A program made the translations under genes and the position numbers. Shown in pieces: positions 27,376 through 37,800 of a stretch of DNA of 64,000 bases. Every line of letters starts with the position of its first letter. Within the stretch, counting starts at the first letter, position 1. Source of the stretch: Tepidisphaera sp. (lineage in GTDB: Bacteria > Planctomycetota > Phycisphaerae > Phycisphaerales > UBA1924); contig CP051526.1 of the NCBI GenBank assembly GCA_050916045.1, positions 1,600,001 to 1,664,000 of the forward strand. Direction: 5' to 3'. The notes under the pieces are model-generated. The model worked only from the letters and a program-made list of their open reading frames with translations. It was not told the origin of the DNA and did not search any database.

Positions 27376-28902
27376 ATGCGCGTCGTTCTTTCCGCTTTGG
27401 TGATGATGGGAGGCGCGGAGATCTTGTGGGCGCAGCCGGAGCCGGCGTCCCCCGAACGGCAGGAAGTGGTGCCCGAGGCCAAAGCTGCTTCGTATGTGTC
27501 GGCTTCTCGGAAAGACCTCGCGTTGGCGTATCTTCAGTTCGAGAAGGCGCTCCGCGCGTCCCCTCCGAAGGGCGAGAAGATCGCGGACTACAACCGGCGA
27601 TTTGATCAGGCGAGCATCGCGTTTTTCTCGGGCCGGTACACCTCCGCGGTGCAGACTCTCGCCGAGATGGTTCGGGAGATCGAGGGACGAACCTCGACGC
27701 TCGAACGGCGGGTGGCGGAGTCGCTTCGGGTGACGCCGACGGCCGCGGTGATCCACCCGGGGAACAAGGACACGGCGGCGATTGCTTTCGCGCCGATGTT
27801 CTCGGCCGGGGAGATGGGTGCGAGCGATGTGGTTGGCTTGGATGTGGTGCTGGTCGCGAGCGACGGGCGGGAAGCGTGGCGGGCACCGCTTGAGCTGAAG
27901 GTCGAAGGTTCCAGGTTGGCGAGTTTCACGCTTGAACTGGCGGCGAGGTTTGATTCCATGCCCCGGGGTGACTTTGAGATCGTTGTCGCGTCACGCAAGG
28001 GTGCGAGCGAAGCGATCGAGATCCCCAAGGGTCGCGTGACGATCCGAGGTGCGTCGGTGGAGGAGACGCGTACTCGTCTGGAGGAGCGGCTGAAAGCGAT
28101 CCGGCCGACGGGTCCCGAGAGCGAGCGGGCTGGGGCGACCGCCAAGGCTCGGGCGGGATTGCTCGTGGACGAGGCGAGCACGAAGGTTTCGGCGCGGTTT
28201 CTGGCTTCGATGGACGCACTGGCCGCCGCGACGGAAGCGGAGGTCGCGGCGATTGAGAAGGGGGAGAATCCGTACAAGGGCAAGCCCGGCGACCACTGGC
28301 GTGTGGTGATGAGCGGCGAGGTGTCGGTCCCGTGCCGTGTTTACGCACCGGCACGCGTGGCTTCGGGAGTGGCGTCTGTCCCGCTCGTGGTCGCGTTTCA
28401 CGGAGCGGGCGGGGATGAGAGCATGTTCTTCGAGGGCTACGGCGGTGGGCTGATCCGGGAGCTTGCGGACAAGCACGGGTTCATCGTGGTGTGCCCGTTG
28501 ACGTACAGCGCGGCTTCCAACGTCGCGTTCGATCGGGTTGTCGCGGACCTCTCGGCGGACTACCCGGTTGATTCCAAACGCATCTACCTGATCGGGCACT
28601 CGATGGGCGCCGGGGCGGTTTCCTCGCTCGCGGCCGGTCGGTCCGAGGTGGTCGCGGGAGCGGCATGCATCGCGGGGGGCGGGCTTGTCTCGGCGCCGAA
28701 GGAGGGAGTCCGCCGTGCGCCGCGGTTCGATGTCGCGGCGGAGCTGGATCCGCTCTTTTCGATCACGCGGGCGCGGAAGGCGGCGGCGGGCGTCAAGCCG
28801 CCAAGCCGGTTCCTGGAAGCCGAAGGATGGGGGCACACGCTCGTGGTCGGGCACGTGCTGCCGGAGGTTGTCGACTGGCTTCTGGAGCAGAAGCTGCCCT
28901 GA
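27376..28902 (+). CDS. Secreted alpha/beta-hydrolase (esterase/PHB-depolymerase-like C-terminal domain)
   Basis: Signal peptide; VVAFHGAGG, nucleophile elbow GHSMG, ELDPL and WGH. Confidence 0.8.
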   Translation: MRVVLSALVMMGGAEILWAQPEPASPERQEVVPEAKAASYVSASRKDLALAYLQFEKALRASPPKGEKIADYNRRFDQASIAFFSGRYTSAVQTLAEMVREIEGRTSTLERRVAESLRVTPTAAVIHPGNKDTAAIAFAPMFSAGEMGASDVVGLDVVLVASDGREAWRAPLELKVEGSRLASFTLELAARFDSMPRGDFEIVVASRKGASEAIEIPKGRVTIRGASVEETRTRLEERLKAIRPTGPESERAGATAKARAGLLVDEASTKVSARFLASMDALAAATEAEVAAIEKGENPYKGKPGDHWRVVMSGEVSVPCRVYAPARVASGVASVPLVVAFHGAGGDESMFFEGYGGGLIRELADKHGFIVVCPLTYSAASNVAFDRVVADLSADYPVDSKRIYLIGHSMGAGAVSSLAAGRSEVVAGAACIAGGGLVSAPKEGVRRAPRFDVAAELDPLFSITRARKAAAGVKPPSRFLEAEGWGHTLVVGHVLPEVVDWLLEQKLP

Positions 28903-28933
28903 GCCGGGAAGCTTGCGAGGCGGGCGATCTGAA

Positions 28934-29854
28934 TCAGTCGATCCGCACCATTGTCGCGTACTGCCGGTACCGCTCGTCGATCTCCTTGCGGGCAAGGGTC
29001 TTGAGGCGGTCGAGGCTGAACGCTTCGATGGTGAAGCTCGCGATGATGGTGCCGTGAACGAGGGCGCGGCGGATGGACGCGATCGAGCCCGGGTCGGTGT
29101 TGGCTTTGTCGGCCGCGATCGAGCCCATCATGCCGCCGGCGAAGGTGTCGCCGCAGCCGGTGGGGTCGACGATCGTTTCGGTCGGGAACGCGGGGAGGGC
29201 ACAGATGCCGTCGCGGTGGACGAGGAGGCAGCCGTGCTCACCTTTCTTGATGACGACGAAGCGGGGGCCCATCTCGAGGATCGCGCGGCCGGCCGAGACG
29301 CTGTTGGGCTTGCCGGTAAAGAGCTCGGCTTCGTCGTAGTTGAGGACCAGACCGTCGACCTTGCGGAGCAGGACCTGCAGGTCCGGGCGGGCGACGTTGA
29401 TCCACAGGTCCATCGTGTCCGCGACGGAGAGCTTGCGCTTGGGGGCCTGCTCGAGGAACCCGTTCTGGACCGCGGGTGGGCCGTTGGCGAGGAAGACGTA
29501 GCCCGAGTCGGCGTAGAGCGAGGGCACGGTGGGGGGGTGTTCACCGACGACGCCGAGCTCGGTGAAGAGCGTGTCGCGGGTGTTCATGTTCTGGTGGTAC
29601 TTGCCGCCCCAGCGGAAGGTCTTGGAGCCCTTTCGCGTTTCGAGTCCGGCCGTATCGACGGATGGGAAGGCTTTCAGGGAGTCGCGGAAAGCGGGGGGGA
29701 AGTCCTCGCCGACGGCGGCGACGAGGCGGACGGGGCCATAGAAGGACGCGGCGGCCGAAAAGTACATGCACGAACCCCCAAGAACCTGGGTCGCATGCCC
29801 GGTGGGAGTCACGATGTCGTCGATGCCGATGGTTCCGGTGACAAGCAAGCTCAT
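28934..29854 (-). CDS. PfkB-family carbohydrate kinase
   Basis: LGGSCMYF, AAVGEDF, IKKGEHG, DPTGCGDTFAGG. Confidence 0.92.
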   Translation of the reverse strand: MSLLVTGTIGIDDIVTPTGHATQVLGGSCMYFSAAASFYGPVRLVAAVGEDFPPAFRDSLKAFPSVDTAGLETRKGSKTFRWGGKYHQNMNTRDTLFTELGVVGEHPPTVPSLYADSGYVFLANGPPAVQNGFLEQAPKRKLSVADTMDLWINVARPDLQVLLRKVDGLVLNYDEAELFTGKPNSVSAGRAILEMGPRFVVIKKGEHGCLLVHRDGICALPAFPTETIVDPTGCGDTFAGGMMGSIAADKANTDPGSIASIRRALVHGTIIASFTIEAFSLDRLKTLARKEIDERYRQYATMVRID

Positions 29855-30007
29855 AGGGGGCAAGTGTAGAACTCGGTGCCGGTGCGCGTCGGGCGGCTCG
29901 GCAGGGCGGGGTTTGGGGTGGTGCGCGGGGGAGTATCCTTCACCGATGGCGATGGCTTTTGCGACATGCCGATCCGGCGGGGGGCTGACGTCCCCGGGGG
30001 TTCGCGC

Positions 30008-31498
30008 ATGAGCATGCTCGCCCGACTGCTTGAGCTTGAGCCTCCGCCTATTGCGCCCGAGATGGAGGATGCGACGTTCAAGCTTGCCCTCGCGGCGGAG
30101 CGGACGCGGGTGCTGCGGCGGCGGCTGGAGTGGTACTGCGGATTTGGGGCCGCGGCTCTGACGCTGAGTCTGCTCTGGAACCTCGCGACGCTCTGGTTTC
30201 AGTGGGATGAGACGGCATCGGAGCGGGCGGGCACGCGTCTGGACGCGGCGAGCGATTTCGTGCTCGCGTCGGTCTTCGCCGGCGCGGCGATCGTCATCAA
30301 GAACACCAAGCCGGACCATGAGGGGCTGGTCACGATCCTTCGGCGGCTGTGGCTTCTCGCGGGCGGGATCGCTCTGTTGACACAGCCGCTGACGGAATAC
30401 CTGAATCGCAATCCGGGCGTGAGCGTCGGGGAGGACACGGCGGCGGTGCTGACGGGGATCTCGGCGCTGGTGGCGGTGTTCGTTCTGCACGTGGCGGGGG
30501 CGCTGATCATCCCGCTGACGTGGAAGGAAGCGGCGACGCCGATCCTGCTGCTTTGGGTAACGTTCGCGGTGGTGGCGATGGTGCTTTATCCGGGGCACTG
30601 GGCCGTGCGCGTGCTTTTGATTCTGGTCTTCCCGCTGGTGGGCTTGCCCGGGGTCTTCTGGAGCTATCGAAGCTACACGCTTCTGGGTGAGCGGTTTCAC
30701 ACGCGGGTGCTCGGCGAGCGGTACGGAGAGCTCAAGTCCGAGCTTGCGTACGCGCGGCGGATCCACGAATCGCTCTTCCCGCCTCCGGTGGACCGCGGGC
30801 CGTGCGAGGTGCGGTACTGGTACGACCCGATGCGGGAGATCGGCGGAGACTTTCTCTACATCCACGCTCCGACGGGCGCTGGGGCGGAGGAGTCGACGAC
30901 AGTCGTGCTGATCGACGTCTCGGGGCACGGGGTGCCGGCCGCTCTCGCCGTCAACCGGCTCCACGGCGAAATCCAGCGGTTCTTCGCGGAGAAGCCGCAC
31001 GCGACGCCGGCGGAGCTCGTCGCCGACCTCAACGCGTACGCGCATGCCGCTCTCGCCGGGCAGGCGATGTTCGCCACGGCGGTGGCCGTTCGTCTGACCA
31101 AGCTCGAGGATGGACGGGCTGAGCTTTCGTGGTCCAACGCCGGGCACCCGCCGGGCGTGGTGCGCACGGCGACCGGCGGATGGAGCGAAGCCGACGAACT
31201 GTCGGGCACGTGCACGATGCTCGGCGTGCTGCCGCCCGAGCTTTTCGAAGCCGAGCAACGGGTTCGAGCGCAGCCGCTTTCCCCCGGTGATCGCGTGGTG
31301 CTCTTCACCGATGGCGCGATGGACACCCGGGATGAGCATGGCGAGCTTCTCGGTCTGCCCGAGCTTCACCGCGCGCTGCTTCCCGGGAGGCAGGGGGCCG
31401 AGGATCCGCTCGAGGGCGCCAAGCGGCGGATCCAGCAGCACCGCGGGCGGGCGGCGCTCGCGGACGACTGCCTGGTTGTTCAGATGACCGTGCGCTAA
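30008..31498 (+). CDS. Membrane PP2C/SpoIIE-type Ser/Thr phosphatase
   Basis: Several TM helices; IGGDF, DVSGHGVPAAL, NAGHPP, LFTDG, DDCL. Confidence 0.9.
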   Translation: MSMLARLLELEPPPIAPEMEDATFKLALAAERTRVLRRRLEWYCGFGAAALTLSLLWNLATLWFQWDETASERAGTRLDAASDFVLASVFAGAAIVIKNTKPDHEGLVTILRRLWLLAGGIALLTQPLTEYLNRNPGVSVGEDTAAVLTGISALVAVFVLHVAGALIIPLTWKEAATPILLLWVTFAVVAMVLYPGHWAVRVLLILVFPLVGLPGVFWSYRSYTLLGERFHTRVLGERYGELKSELAYARRIHESLFPPPVDRGPCEVRYWYDPMREIGGDFLYIHAPTGAGAEESTTVVLIDVSGHGVPAALAVNRLHGEIQRFFAEKPHATPAELVADLNAYAHAALAGQAMFATAVAVRLTKLEDGRAELSWSNAGHPPGVVRTATGGWSEADELSGTCTMLGVLPPELFEAEQRVRAQPLSPGDRVVLFTDGAMDTRDEHGELLGLPELHRALLPGRQGAEDPLEGAKRRIQQHRGRAALADDCLVVQMTVR

Positions 31499-31500
31499 AG

Positions 31501-32733
31501 CTATCCGGCGTTCACGGGCGTTCCGGCGCCGAGCTCCTTCGCCGGCTTGTCGATCACGGAGGTCACGCTTTCGGGCAGCTTGAGCACCTCGACCATGCCG
31601 CCGTGCGCGGCGCCGAACTCAACCCGGTGTTCGACGACCTTGCCGTCCTTGACCGAGAAGACCCGCTGCACGCCGGCGAACTGGACGGTGGCTGATTCGG
31701 GCACGAAGCGAGCATTCGGATCGGTGCGGGTGAGGACGCGTGCGCGGGCGAAGCTGCCGGGCTTGAGCAGGCCGTCGGGGTTCGCGGCTTCGATCTCGAT
31801 GCTGAAGGCCCGCGTGGAGACATCAACCGCCGGAGCGATGCGCGAGACGGTCGCAACGAAGGGGTCGGCGAATCCGTCGACGATCACGTTGGCCGGTGTG
31901 TTCGCGGCGATGTCCTTCGCGAAGCGCTCGGGGACAAGCCCGCGGAACTTCACGCGGTCGGTGGCGACCAGGCGGAAAAGCGACTGCCCCTGCGCGACGA
32001 TCTCGCCGACGGAGACCTGACGGGCCGCGACGCGGTACGTCAGGGGCTTCTCGATCGGCGCGATGACGCGGGTGTCGAGAAGCCTCTGCTCGGCCTGCCT
32101 GAGGGTGGAGGCTTTCACGCGGGCATCGGCGAGGAGCGAGCGGGCGTTGAGACGCTCGCTGTCGACGACCGTGCGGGCGACTTCGTGCTGGGTCTGGATG
32201 TCGGCGAAGTCCTGTTCGGAGATCAGCGGGGGCGTGCGTTCGTAAAGCCTGCGGGCGCGGTCGAGGCGGGCTTTCGCGTTGCTTTCCTGCGCGATCGCGC
32301 GGATGACAAGCGGGAGGGAGTCGAGATCGACCTCGCCCTCGGGAAGCTCGGAGAGGCCGATACGGGCGAGCGCGGCAAGCAGCGAGGCGCGGGCTTCATC
32401 AACCGCGAGCTTGTAGTCGGTGGTGTCGATCGTGGCGAGCGGGCCGCCGTGCTTGACCGAATCTCCGAGGTCGGCGGCGATGTCGACGATCCGCCCGGGG
32501 ACCTCGGCCGCGATCGTGACATCCTCCTCGCCGAAGAGGGTGCCGGTGACCTCGACGAACCGGTCGGTCGGTTTGGTCGCGACGGGGGTGAGCGAGACCT
32601 TGATGGGGGCCGGTGCGGCCGGCTTGGCGGCTTGCTTCCCGCCCTCGCGGCAGGATGCGAGTGCCAAGAGGGAGAGGAGGAGCGCGGCCCGGGCGGTTTG
32701 CGAGCGGAAGGTGGGTCGAGCGAGGTCGTTCAT
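31501..32733 (-). CDS. RND efflux periplasmic adaptor (MFP), lipoprotein
   Basis: Lipobox LASC; AEVPGRIV, VSVGEIV, LKPGSFAR, VPESA. Confidence 0.9.
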   Translation of the reverse strand: MNDLARPTFRSQTARAALLLSLLALASCREGGKQAAKPAAPAPIKVSLTPVATKPTDRFVEVTGTLFGEEDVTIAAEVPGRIVDIAADLGDSVKHGGPLATIDTTDYKLAVDEARASLLAALARIGLSELPEGEVDLDSLPLVIRAIAQESNAKARLDRARRLYERTPPLISEQDFADIQTQHEVARTVVDSERLNARSLLADARVKASTLRQAEQRLLDTRVIAPIEKPLTYRVAARQVSVGEIVAQGQSLFRLVATDRVKFRGLVPERFAKDIAANTPANVIVDGFADPFVATVSRIAPAVDVSTRAFSIEIEAANPDGLLKPGSFARARVLTRTDPNARFVPESATVQFAGVQRVFSVKDGKVVEHRVEFGAAHGGMVEVLKLPESVTSVIDKPAKELGAGTPVNAG

Positions 32734-32746
32734 CCGGGGATTCCCT

Positions 32747-32790
32747 TTGCTTTTGCCGAAGGACGGGTAGTATAATACTGACCAGTCAGT
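32747..32790 (+). promoter_or_regulatory. Sigma70 promoter and TetR-type operator in a divergent intergenic region
   Basis: TTGCTT (32747-32752), 18 bp, TATAAT (32771-32776), immediately followed by the inverted repeat ACTGAC-CA-GTCAGT (32777-32790). Confidence 0.75.
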
Positions 32791-32819
32791 TCTTCCTGTT
32801 CGAAGAGGGAAATCGACGC

Positions 32820-33416
32820 GTGTCCAAGCAGAAGCCGAACAAGCAGGACGAGATTCTGGACGCGGCGGCGGATCTTTTCGCGAACAAGCCATTCCACGAG
32901 GTGCGGCTTGAGGACATCGCGGCGCAGGCCCATGTCGGTAAGGGCACCGTGTATCTCTATTGGACGAGCAAGGAAGAGGTTTACCTCGCGGTGATCCGTC
33001 GCGGGTTCGCGTCGGTGCTTGACCGCCTTGATCTTGAGCTCGCCGAGAGCAAAGCCGGCGCGTGGGGCAAGCTCCACGCGGTGATCACCGGGCTTGTCTC
33101 GTTCGCGTACCAGCATCCGGGCGTGTACCGCATCATGCGGAGCGGGATTTTGACGCCAGATGATGCGGGGATTCAGCAGGTCCGGGCGGCGCTCGCGGAG
33201 CGGGTGACGGCGGTGCTTCGCGAGGGGACGCGGTCAGGTGAGCTCGACGATCCGCATCCGGAGCTGACGACGCAGTTCATTCTGTCGTTCGTCCGTGGAG
33301 CGGTGCTTTATCCGCCGGAAGGGATGACGCGCGAGACGCTGACGTGCCACATTCTGCGGCTGCTTCGATCCGGGATCGGGCGAGCGGGCTCGACGGTGAC
33401 GGGGGGCGGGGCATGA
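32820..33416 (+). CDS. TetR/AcrR-family regulator
   Basis: ILDAAADLF..IAAQAHVGKGTVYLYWTSKEE HTH; GTG start with upstream GAGGGG. Confidence 0.92.
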   Translation: MSKQKPNKQDEILDAAADLFANKPFHEVRLEDIAAQAHVGKGTVYLYWTSKEEVYLAVIRRGFASVLDRLDLELAESKAGAWGKLHAVITGLVSFAYQHPGVYRIMRSGILTPDDAGIQQVRAALAERVTAVLREGTRSGELDDPHPELTTQFILSFVRGAVLYPPEGMTRETLTCHILRLLRSGIGRAGSTVTGGGA

Positions 33417-34852
33417 AGCGTGCGCGTCTCGGCATGGTGGTCGCGATCGTGGCCGCTTGGGCGGTCGGCGGGTGCGCGACGGACCAGAGCTCGGATGTAG
33501 AGGCGTATCGCGCGATCAGCGATCCGCCGGGGCCGATGCCGGCGCACGCGGCTGGGGACGCGATCACGCTTGTGGATTCGCTGCGACTGGCGGCGGCGCA
33601 CAACGAGTCGATGGGGATCCAGGGTGAGCGGTACGTGCAGGCGTTGGCGGATCGGCAGCGGCTTGCGTCGAGCCTGATGCCGACGGTTGATCTGTTCACG
33701 GATGTCGCGATCCGAGAGAACAGCGGCGGCAATGGGGTGATTCAAGCGGATGCCGGATTGACCGGTCAGTACAGGCTTCTGACGGGGTTGAGCGATCTTC
33801 GCAATGTGGATGCGGCGGAGGCGCGGATTGAAGCGCAGCGTTGGCTGATCCTGGATCTGAGGGAGTCGCTTCTGGTGCAGACGGCGCAGGCGTACTACCA
33901 GACGCTTCGGGCTGAGCGGCTTGCGGGCGTGCTTGAGTCTTCGGTGCGGGCGCAGACCGAACGGCTCAATGACGCTCGGGCGCGGAACGAGGTGGGGTTC
34001 ACGCGGCCGCTGGATGTCTCGCAGATTGAATCTCAGGTGTCACGCACGCGGGCGCAGCTGATCGACGCGGAGCGGCAAGCGGGTGAAGCCCGGAGCGTGC
34101 TGGCGCTGCTTACGAACGCGGATGTGCGGCGCTCGGCGCTGACCGACGGGTTCGAAGCTCTGGCCGCGGACAAGCCTGTCGAGGAACTCACTCGGCTTGC
34201 GACCGAGCATCGGCAGGACATGCTCGCCGCGCGGGCGGATGCGGAAGCCGCGCGGGTGCTTGTGGATGCGGCGATCGGGCAGTACGCGCCGAGTCTGACG
34301 CTGAGCTTGGACTACTTCCTGCTGGGCGAGCCGGATCGGGCGGATCCGAGCTTGGCGTCGCTGCTGCAGCTTCGTCTGCCGATTTTCACGGCGGGGCGCA
34401 TCGAAGCGGAGGTCCGCGGCGCGTGGTCGGTCTTCCGTGAAAGCGTGCTGGCGTACCGGACACGGGTACGGCAGGTGAGGAGCGATGTCGAGACGGCACA
34501 TTTGCGGCTTCTGGCATCCGTACGCCTCGCGGCGGAGCTTGAGTCGCAGGTCCGGGTGGCGACGCAGGCGGTCGAGCTTGCGGAAGCGGCGTATGAAGCG
34601 GGGCTTGGGACGAATCTGGAGCGGGTGATCGCGCAGGATCAGCTTCTGGCGGCGGAACTCGAAGCCGTCAGCGAGTCGTTCACCACCAAGACGGCGTACT
34701 TGGAGCTGCTCCGGGCGTGCGGGCTTCTGAGCCGGAACATGATCGGCGCGCCCATGCCGGAGGTCTCGGAACGGGAGCGCACACCGCCGGATGCGCCGGT
34801 GCTTGACCGCTCGACTGCCCCCGCCCCGACAGCCCAAGGAGCCGCTTCATGA
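33413..34852 (+). CDS. TolC-family outer membrane factor, lipoprotein
   Basis: Lipobox VGGC; two OEP-like repeats; ATGA-coupled to tetR and to the RND gene. Confidence 0.88.
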   Translation: MKRARLGMVVAIVAAWAVGGCATDQSSDVEAYRAISDPPGPMPAHAAGDAITLVDSLRLAAAHNESMGIQGERYVQALADRQRLASSLMPTVDLFTDVAIRENSGGNGVIQADAGLTGQYRLLTGLSDLRNVDAAEARIEAQRWLILDLRESLLVQTAQAYYQTLRAERLAGVLESSVRAQTERLNDARARNEVGFTRPLDVSQIESQVSRTRAQLIDAERQAGEARSVLALLTNADVRRSALTDGFEALAADKPVEELTRLATEHRQDMLAARADAEAARVLVDAAIGQYAPSLTLSLDYFLLGEPDRADPSLASLLQLRLPIFTAGRIEAEVRGAWSVFRESVLAYRTRVRQVRSDVETAHLRLLASVRLAAELESQVRVATQAVELAEAAYEAGLGTNLERVIAQDQLLAAELEAVSESFTTKTAYLELLRACGLLSRNMIGAPMPEVSERERTPPDAPVLDRSTAPAPTAQGAAS

Positions 34853-37800
34853 GGACCCTCGCGGAGATCTGCATCAAGCGGCCGGTGTTCGCGGTGATGC
34901 TCATCGCGGCGATGGTGGTGGTGGGTTCCGTGGCGTTCAGCAAACTCGGCGTGGACCGGCTGCCGTCGGTGGACCTGCCGACCGTCAACGTGCGCACGAC
35001 GCTGCCGGGCGCCTCGCCCGAGGAGGTCGAGTCGCAGGTCTCGCAGGTCATTGAGGAAGCGGTCAACACCGTCGAGGGAATTGAGGAGCTGCGCAGCATC
35101 TCGGGGCAGGGGTCGTCGGTGATTATCGCGACGTTCAGCCTGAGCCGGAACATCGACACGGCGGCGCAGGACGTGCGCGACCGGGTGGCGACGGTGCTTC
35201 GGCGGCTTCCGGATGATGCCGAGCCGCCGGTGGTGTCGAAGTTCGACAACGACTCGTCGCCGGTGCTGACGCTTGCGCTGAGCGGGGACCGGAGCATCCG
35301 GGAGCTGACGGAGGTGGCGGACAAGCTGATCCGGCCGCGGCTGGAGCGGTCGGCGGGCGTAGGGCAGGTCAACATCGTGGGCGGGCTTGAGCGCACGGTG
35401 AACATCGATGTGGATGCCCAGCGGCTGACGGCTCTTGGGATTCCGATCACGGCGGTTCGGGATGCCATTCAGCGGCAGAACGCGGACGTGCCCGGGGGGA
35501 ACGTGACGGGGCCGGAGCGTGAGCAGGTGCTTCGGACGATGGGGCGGCTGGAGACGCCGGAAGCGTTCAACGACATCATCGTGGCGGTGGTGAACGGGAC
35601 GCCGATCCGGATCAAGGACATCGGCGCGGCGACGGATGGGACGCGGGAGCAGCGGACGGCTTCGAGGCTGAACGGGGTGAACGCGGTGTCGCTGGAAATC
35701 CGGCGGCAGTCGGGAGCGAACAGCGTCGCGGTGATCGAAGGGGTGAGGAAGGAGTACCTCGCGCTCGCGGACATCGTGCCGACGGGGGTGAAGCTCGAGA
35801 TCATCCGCGACCAGTCGGAGTACATCTACGCGGCGCTGCACGAGATCGAGCTTCACCTGGTTCTGGGAGCGATCCTGGCGTCGTTGGTGGTGTTCGCGTT
35901 CATGCGGTCGTGGCGGTCGACGCTGATCGCGGCGGTGGCGATTCCGACGTCGGTGATCGCGACGTTCGGCGTGATGTGGGTGCTGGATTTCACGCTCAAC
36001 AGCGTGACGATGCTGGCGCTGGTGCTGATGGTGGGCATCGTGATCGACGATGCGATCGTGGTGCTTGAGAACATCTACCGGCTGGTCGAGGAAGAGGGGA
36101 TGCCGGCGATGGAAGCGGCGCGGAAGGGGACAGGCGAGATCGCGCTGGCGGTTCTCGCGACGACACTTTCGCTGGTGGTGATTTTCGTGCCGGTGTCATT
36201 CATGTCGTCGATCTCGGGGCGGTTTTTGTACCAGTTCGGCGTCACGGCGGCGGTGGCGGTGCTGGTGTCGCTTCTGGTGTCGTTCTCGCTGACGCCGATG
36301 ATGGCTTCCCGGATGCTCAAAGCGGATCCCAAGGGGCCTAGGCACGGCGAGCGGGCGACGAGCCGGAGAGGGTTCTACGCCCTTCTGGACGGGGCGTACG
36401 TGGGCACGCTCCGCTGGTGCGTTCGGTGGCGGAAGACGACGCTTGTGGTGGCGGCGGTGGCGATGGCGTCGGCGGTTCCGCTGTACTCGATGCTGAGGCA
36501 GGACTACGTGCCCAGCGATGTGGACGAAGCGGAGTTCAACGTCAATATCAACGGGCCGGAAGGGGTCAGCTTTGAAGCGTTCGACGAAGCGGTGAAGGAG
36601 GTTGAGAAGCGGATCTCGGCGCATCCGGCCGTGGTGACGACGCTTTCGTCGGTGGGTGGGTCGTTCCTGGGCCAGGTGAACCGGGGGGAGATCTACGTGC
36701 GGATCCAGCCGCACGCGGGGCGGTACCTTTCGCTCTCGCGGCTTTGGCGGGAGACGCTCGCGGGTAAGCCGCTTGACGCGTTCCGCGGCAACTACACACA
36801 GTCGGACGTGATTCAGCAGCTTCGCAGGGAGGTGCGGGGCCTGCCGGACCTTCGCGTGTCGATCCGGCCGTTCGCGGCGTTCAATATCGGCGGCGGCAAC
36901 TTCGACATCGACCTTGCGATCCGCGGGCCGGAGCTTGAGAAGCTTGCCGAGTACACCGAGACGCTGCGGGTGCGTTCGCGCGAGCTTGGTGGCCTTCCGG
37001 ACATCGACACGACGCTGAAGCTGAACACGCCCGAGCTTCGTGTTGAGATTGATCGCGAGCGGGCGGCGGACCTTGGTGTTTCGCCGCGGGATGTGGGGAC
37101 GGCGCTGCGGCTTCTGGTCGGCGGCGAGGATGAGGTGTCGCGGTTCCGCGATCCGGCGACGAACGAGGACTACGACGTGCAGCTTCGGCTGATCCGTCGG
37201 GATCGCGAGCGGCCGGATGAACTGCCGCAGCTTCTGGTGCCAGCGCCTGCCTCGCCGGGGCGGGTCGTGGAGCTTCGGTCTTTCGCGGACGTCGTGCCGG
37301 CGCAGGGAGCCGCCCGCATCGATCGACTTGATCGGCAGCGTGCGGCGAACGTGCGCGGGACCGTGGGATCGGGGTACGCGCTGGCGGACCGGCTGGAGGC
37401 GATGCGGGGGGAGATCGACAAGCTTCAGATGCCTGGGGAGTACACGGTTCGGACGCTGGGCCGGGGGCGCGAGCTTGAGCGCACGTTCGCGGAGTTCCTG
37501 ATCGCGTTTGCGCTCTCGATCGTGTTCATGTACATGATTCTGGCGGCGAACTACGAGAGCTATCTGCACCCGTTCACGATCCTGCTGTCGCTGCCGCTTT
37601 CGATTCCGTTCGCGTTCCTGTCGCTGTGGCTGATGGGTGAATCGTTGAACCTGTACTCGGCGCTAGGGATTCTGGTGCTTTTCGGGATCGTGAAGAAGAA
37701 CTCGATTCTTCAGGTGGACCACATCAATCAGCTTCGTGAGCGCGGGGTTCCGATCGAGGAAGCCGTGGTGCAGGGGAGCCGGGATCGCCTGAGGCCGATC

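Noticed and set aside
29855..31441. 835-aa extended PfkB ORF; likewise the 552-aa ORF at 40066-41724
   Set aside because: The extensions overlap genuine genes; the real starts are at 29854 and 40482
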